From assembly GCA_038087875.1 (NCBI GenBank), contig CM075984.1, positions 44,950,001 to 45,014,000 of the forward strand: a stretch of DNA of 64,000 nucleotides, written 5' to 3'. Positions within the stretch are counted from its first letter, which is position 1. Every line of letters starts with the position of its first letter. The position numbers and the translations under genes were made by a program. The DNA is from Malacoraja senta (lineage: Eukaryota). The notes beneath the pieces are model-generated. The model ran no database searches and had not been told where the DNA came from. It saw only the letters and a program-made list of their open reading frames with translations. Shown piece by piece: positions 62,527 through 64,000 of the stretch.

Positions 62527-63225
62527 GGCGGCACAGCGGCACGGCTGTAGAGTTGTTGCCTTACAGCACCAGAGACCTGGATTCGATCCTGACTACGGGT
62601 GCGGTCAGTACAGAGTTTGTACATTCTCGCTGTGACCATGTGGGTTTTCCCTGGGTGCTCTGGTATCCCTCCGCACTCCAAAGAAGTGCAGGTTTGTGGG
62701 TTAATTGGTTTTGCGAAAATTGTAAATTGTTCTTAGTGTGCAGGATGGTGCTAGTGTACAGGTTGATCGCTAGTCGGCGTAGACTCAGTGGGCTGCAGGG
62801 CCTGTTTCCCCGTTGTATCTCTAAAGTCTAAAGTAAAGAGAACGTGTAAACTCCACGCAGACAGCACCCGAGTCTCTGTCGCTGCGAGGCAGCAAGTTTA
62901 CCAGCTAGGTCACTGTGCCGCTGGTCAATTTGCATTCGTATCAATTTAAAAGAAATGCATAATTGCCTTACAGCGCCAGAGACCCAGGTTCAATCCTGAC
63001 CACGGGGCTGTCTGTATGGAGTTTATACCTTCTCCCTGTGACCTGCGTGGGTTTTCACCGAGATCTTCAGTTTCCTCCCACACTCCAAAGACGTACAGGT
63101 TTGCAGGTTAGTTGGCTTGGTATAAATGTAAATTGTCCGTTGTGTGTAGGGTAGTGATAGTGTGCGGGGATCACTGGTCTTGGTGGGCCGAAGGGCAGCA
63201 CTGTATATCCAAAACTAAACAAACC
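62527..63225 (+). mobile_element. Cluster of HE1/V-SINE-like copies (62527-62832 +, about 62835-62922 -, 62962-63225 +)
   Basis: tRNA-like heads, V-domain-like bodies and CR1-like tails. Confidence 0.85.
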
Positions 63226-63699
63226 CACAGTTCCCTGAAGTTAAACATGTATAAAATTGATACGCATTAAAGCCATTAAACAAATTCCAAGTCAAGTTAC
63301 AAACATTCAATTTACCGATGTACTTGTTTTTTAACTTACTTTTCTTCATGAGCCATACGATTTGAGGTTTAATGCTTGGAAAATCTACTCCCTTCTAAAC
63401 CGACTTGGCTATCTGCCAGTGGAGGGCAAACACTGAGGACAAAGCTTTAAATTGAAGCAGATGAAGTCAACTAGAAAAAGGACAGACAACAGGAGAGGAA
63501 TGAAGAAAGATTTGACCCTCGGGGTTTTTGCAGCCAAATTGACAGATTGAATGGTCTACAGGATATGCGTTTGCAATGGTGTATAGAAGATTGTCAGAAC
63601 TTTTGGAGAACAGGTCTCAAATATCCACACATCCACTCAGCTGCGGGAAATATATTGGAATGCGAACCTCGCAAAAACTTGCTCCTTTCTACAAAATTT

Positions 63700-63895
63700 A
63701 CTTGTATTGCAAAACCAAGTGCAGACTGGGTGATCGTCTCGCTGAAAACCTACGCTCAGTCCGCCTTGGCCTATGCAAACATTTTAACTCCCCTCCCCAT
63801 TTCCATACTGATCTTTCTGTCCTGGGCCTCCTCCACTGTCAGACTGAGGCCACATGTCAATTGGAGGACCAGCACCTCATCTTTCACTTGGACAA
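63700..63895 (+). mobile_element. Penelope-like GIY-YIG endonuclease fragment
   Basis: TK.RLGDR.AE.LRSV...HFNSP.H.HTDLSVLGLLHCQ.EAT..LE.QHLIF.L (ORF 63576..63974). Confidence 0.85.
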
Positions 63896-64000
63896 TGGCA
63901 CAGCGGTAGAGTTGCCGCCTTACAGCGCCAGAGACCCGGCTTCCATCCTGACTATGGGTGCTGTCTGTACATAGTTTGTACATTCTCCCCGTGACCTGCA
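63896..64000 (+). mobile_element. HE1/V-SINE-like element (truncated by the window edge)
   Basis: ggcacagcggtagagttgccgccttacagcgccagagaccc head. Confidence 0.85.

Overview
Eukaryotic, repeat-rich vertebrate DNA. The repeat families (HE1/V-SINE-like, CR1, Rex1/Babar, Penelope-like) point to a cartilaginous fish, probably a skate or ray (inference). The only host gene I can support is the 5' half of a Pax3/7-class paired-box gene on the minus strand, best called pax3. Its coding exons 1-4 lie at 49994-46407 and encode the N-terminus, paired domain and octapeptide HSIDGIL. A promoter and upstream enhancer-like motifs lie at about 50.4-51.3 kb. Intron 4 is more than 46 kb long and runs off the left edge; I found no homeobox exon. 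The protein is unusual: the normally invariant paired-domain linker GAIGGSKP reads GATGSKP (one codon shorter), the Q+/Q- tandem acceptor is absent, and exon 1 has an extra Gly. Reading through the exon 4 donor gives GKRWHL..., which resembles the human PAX3A tail. The most abundant short repeat is the terminus of a Penelope-like retroelement that carries a minimal hammerhead ribozyme motif, often in inverted pairs. Also present: a hAT element with a doubled right end, a Harbinger-like MITE in a three-level nest, a Helitron with TATA/Inr-like motifs and minisatellites, an old 33-36 bp tandem array, a repeat-free enhancer-like block in intron 4, and a CpG-retaining domain around the promoter. 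There is one assembly gap (32331-32623). Exon and TSD coordinates were read base by base; repeat boundaries are approximate, and family names come from recalled consensus features, not database searches.
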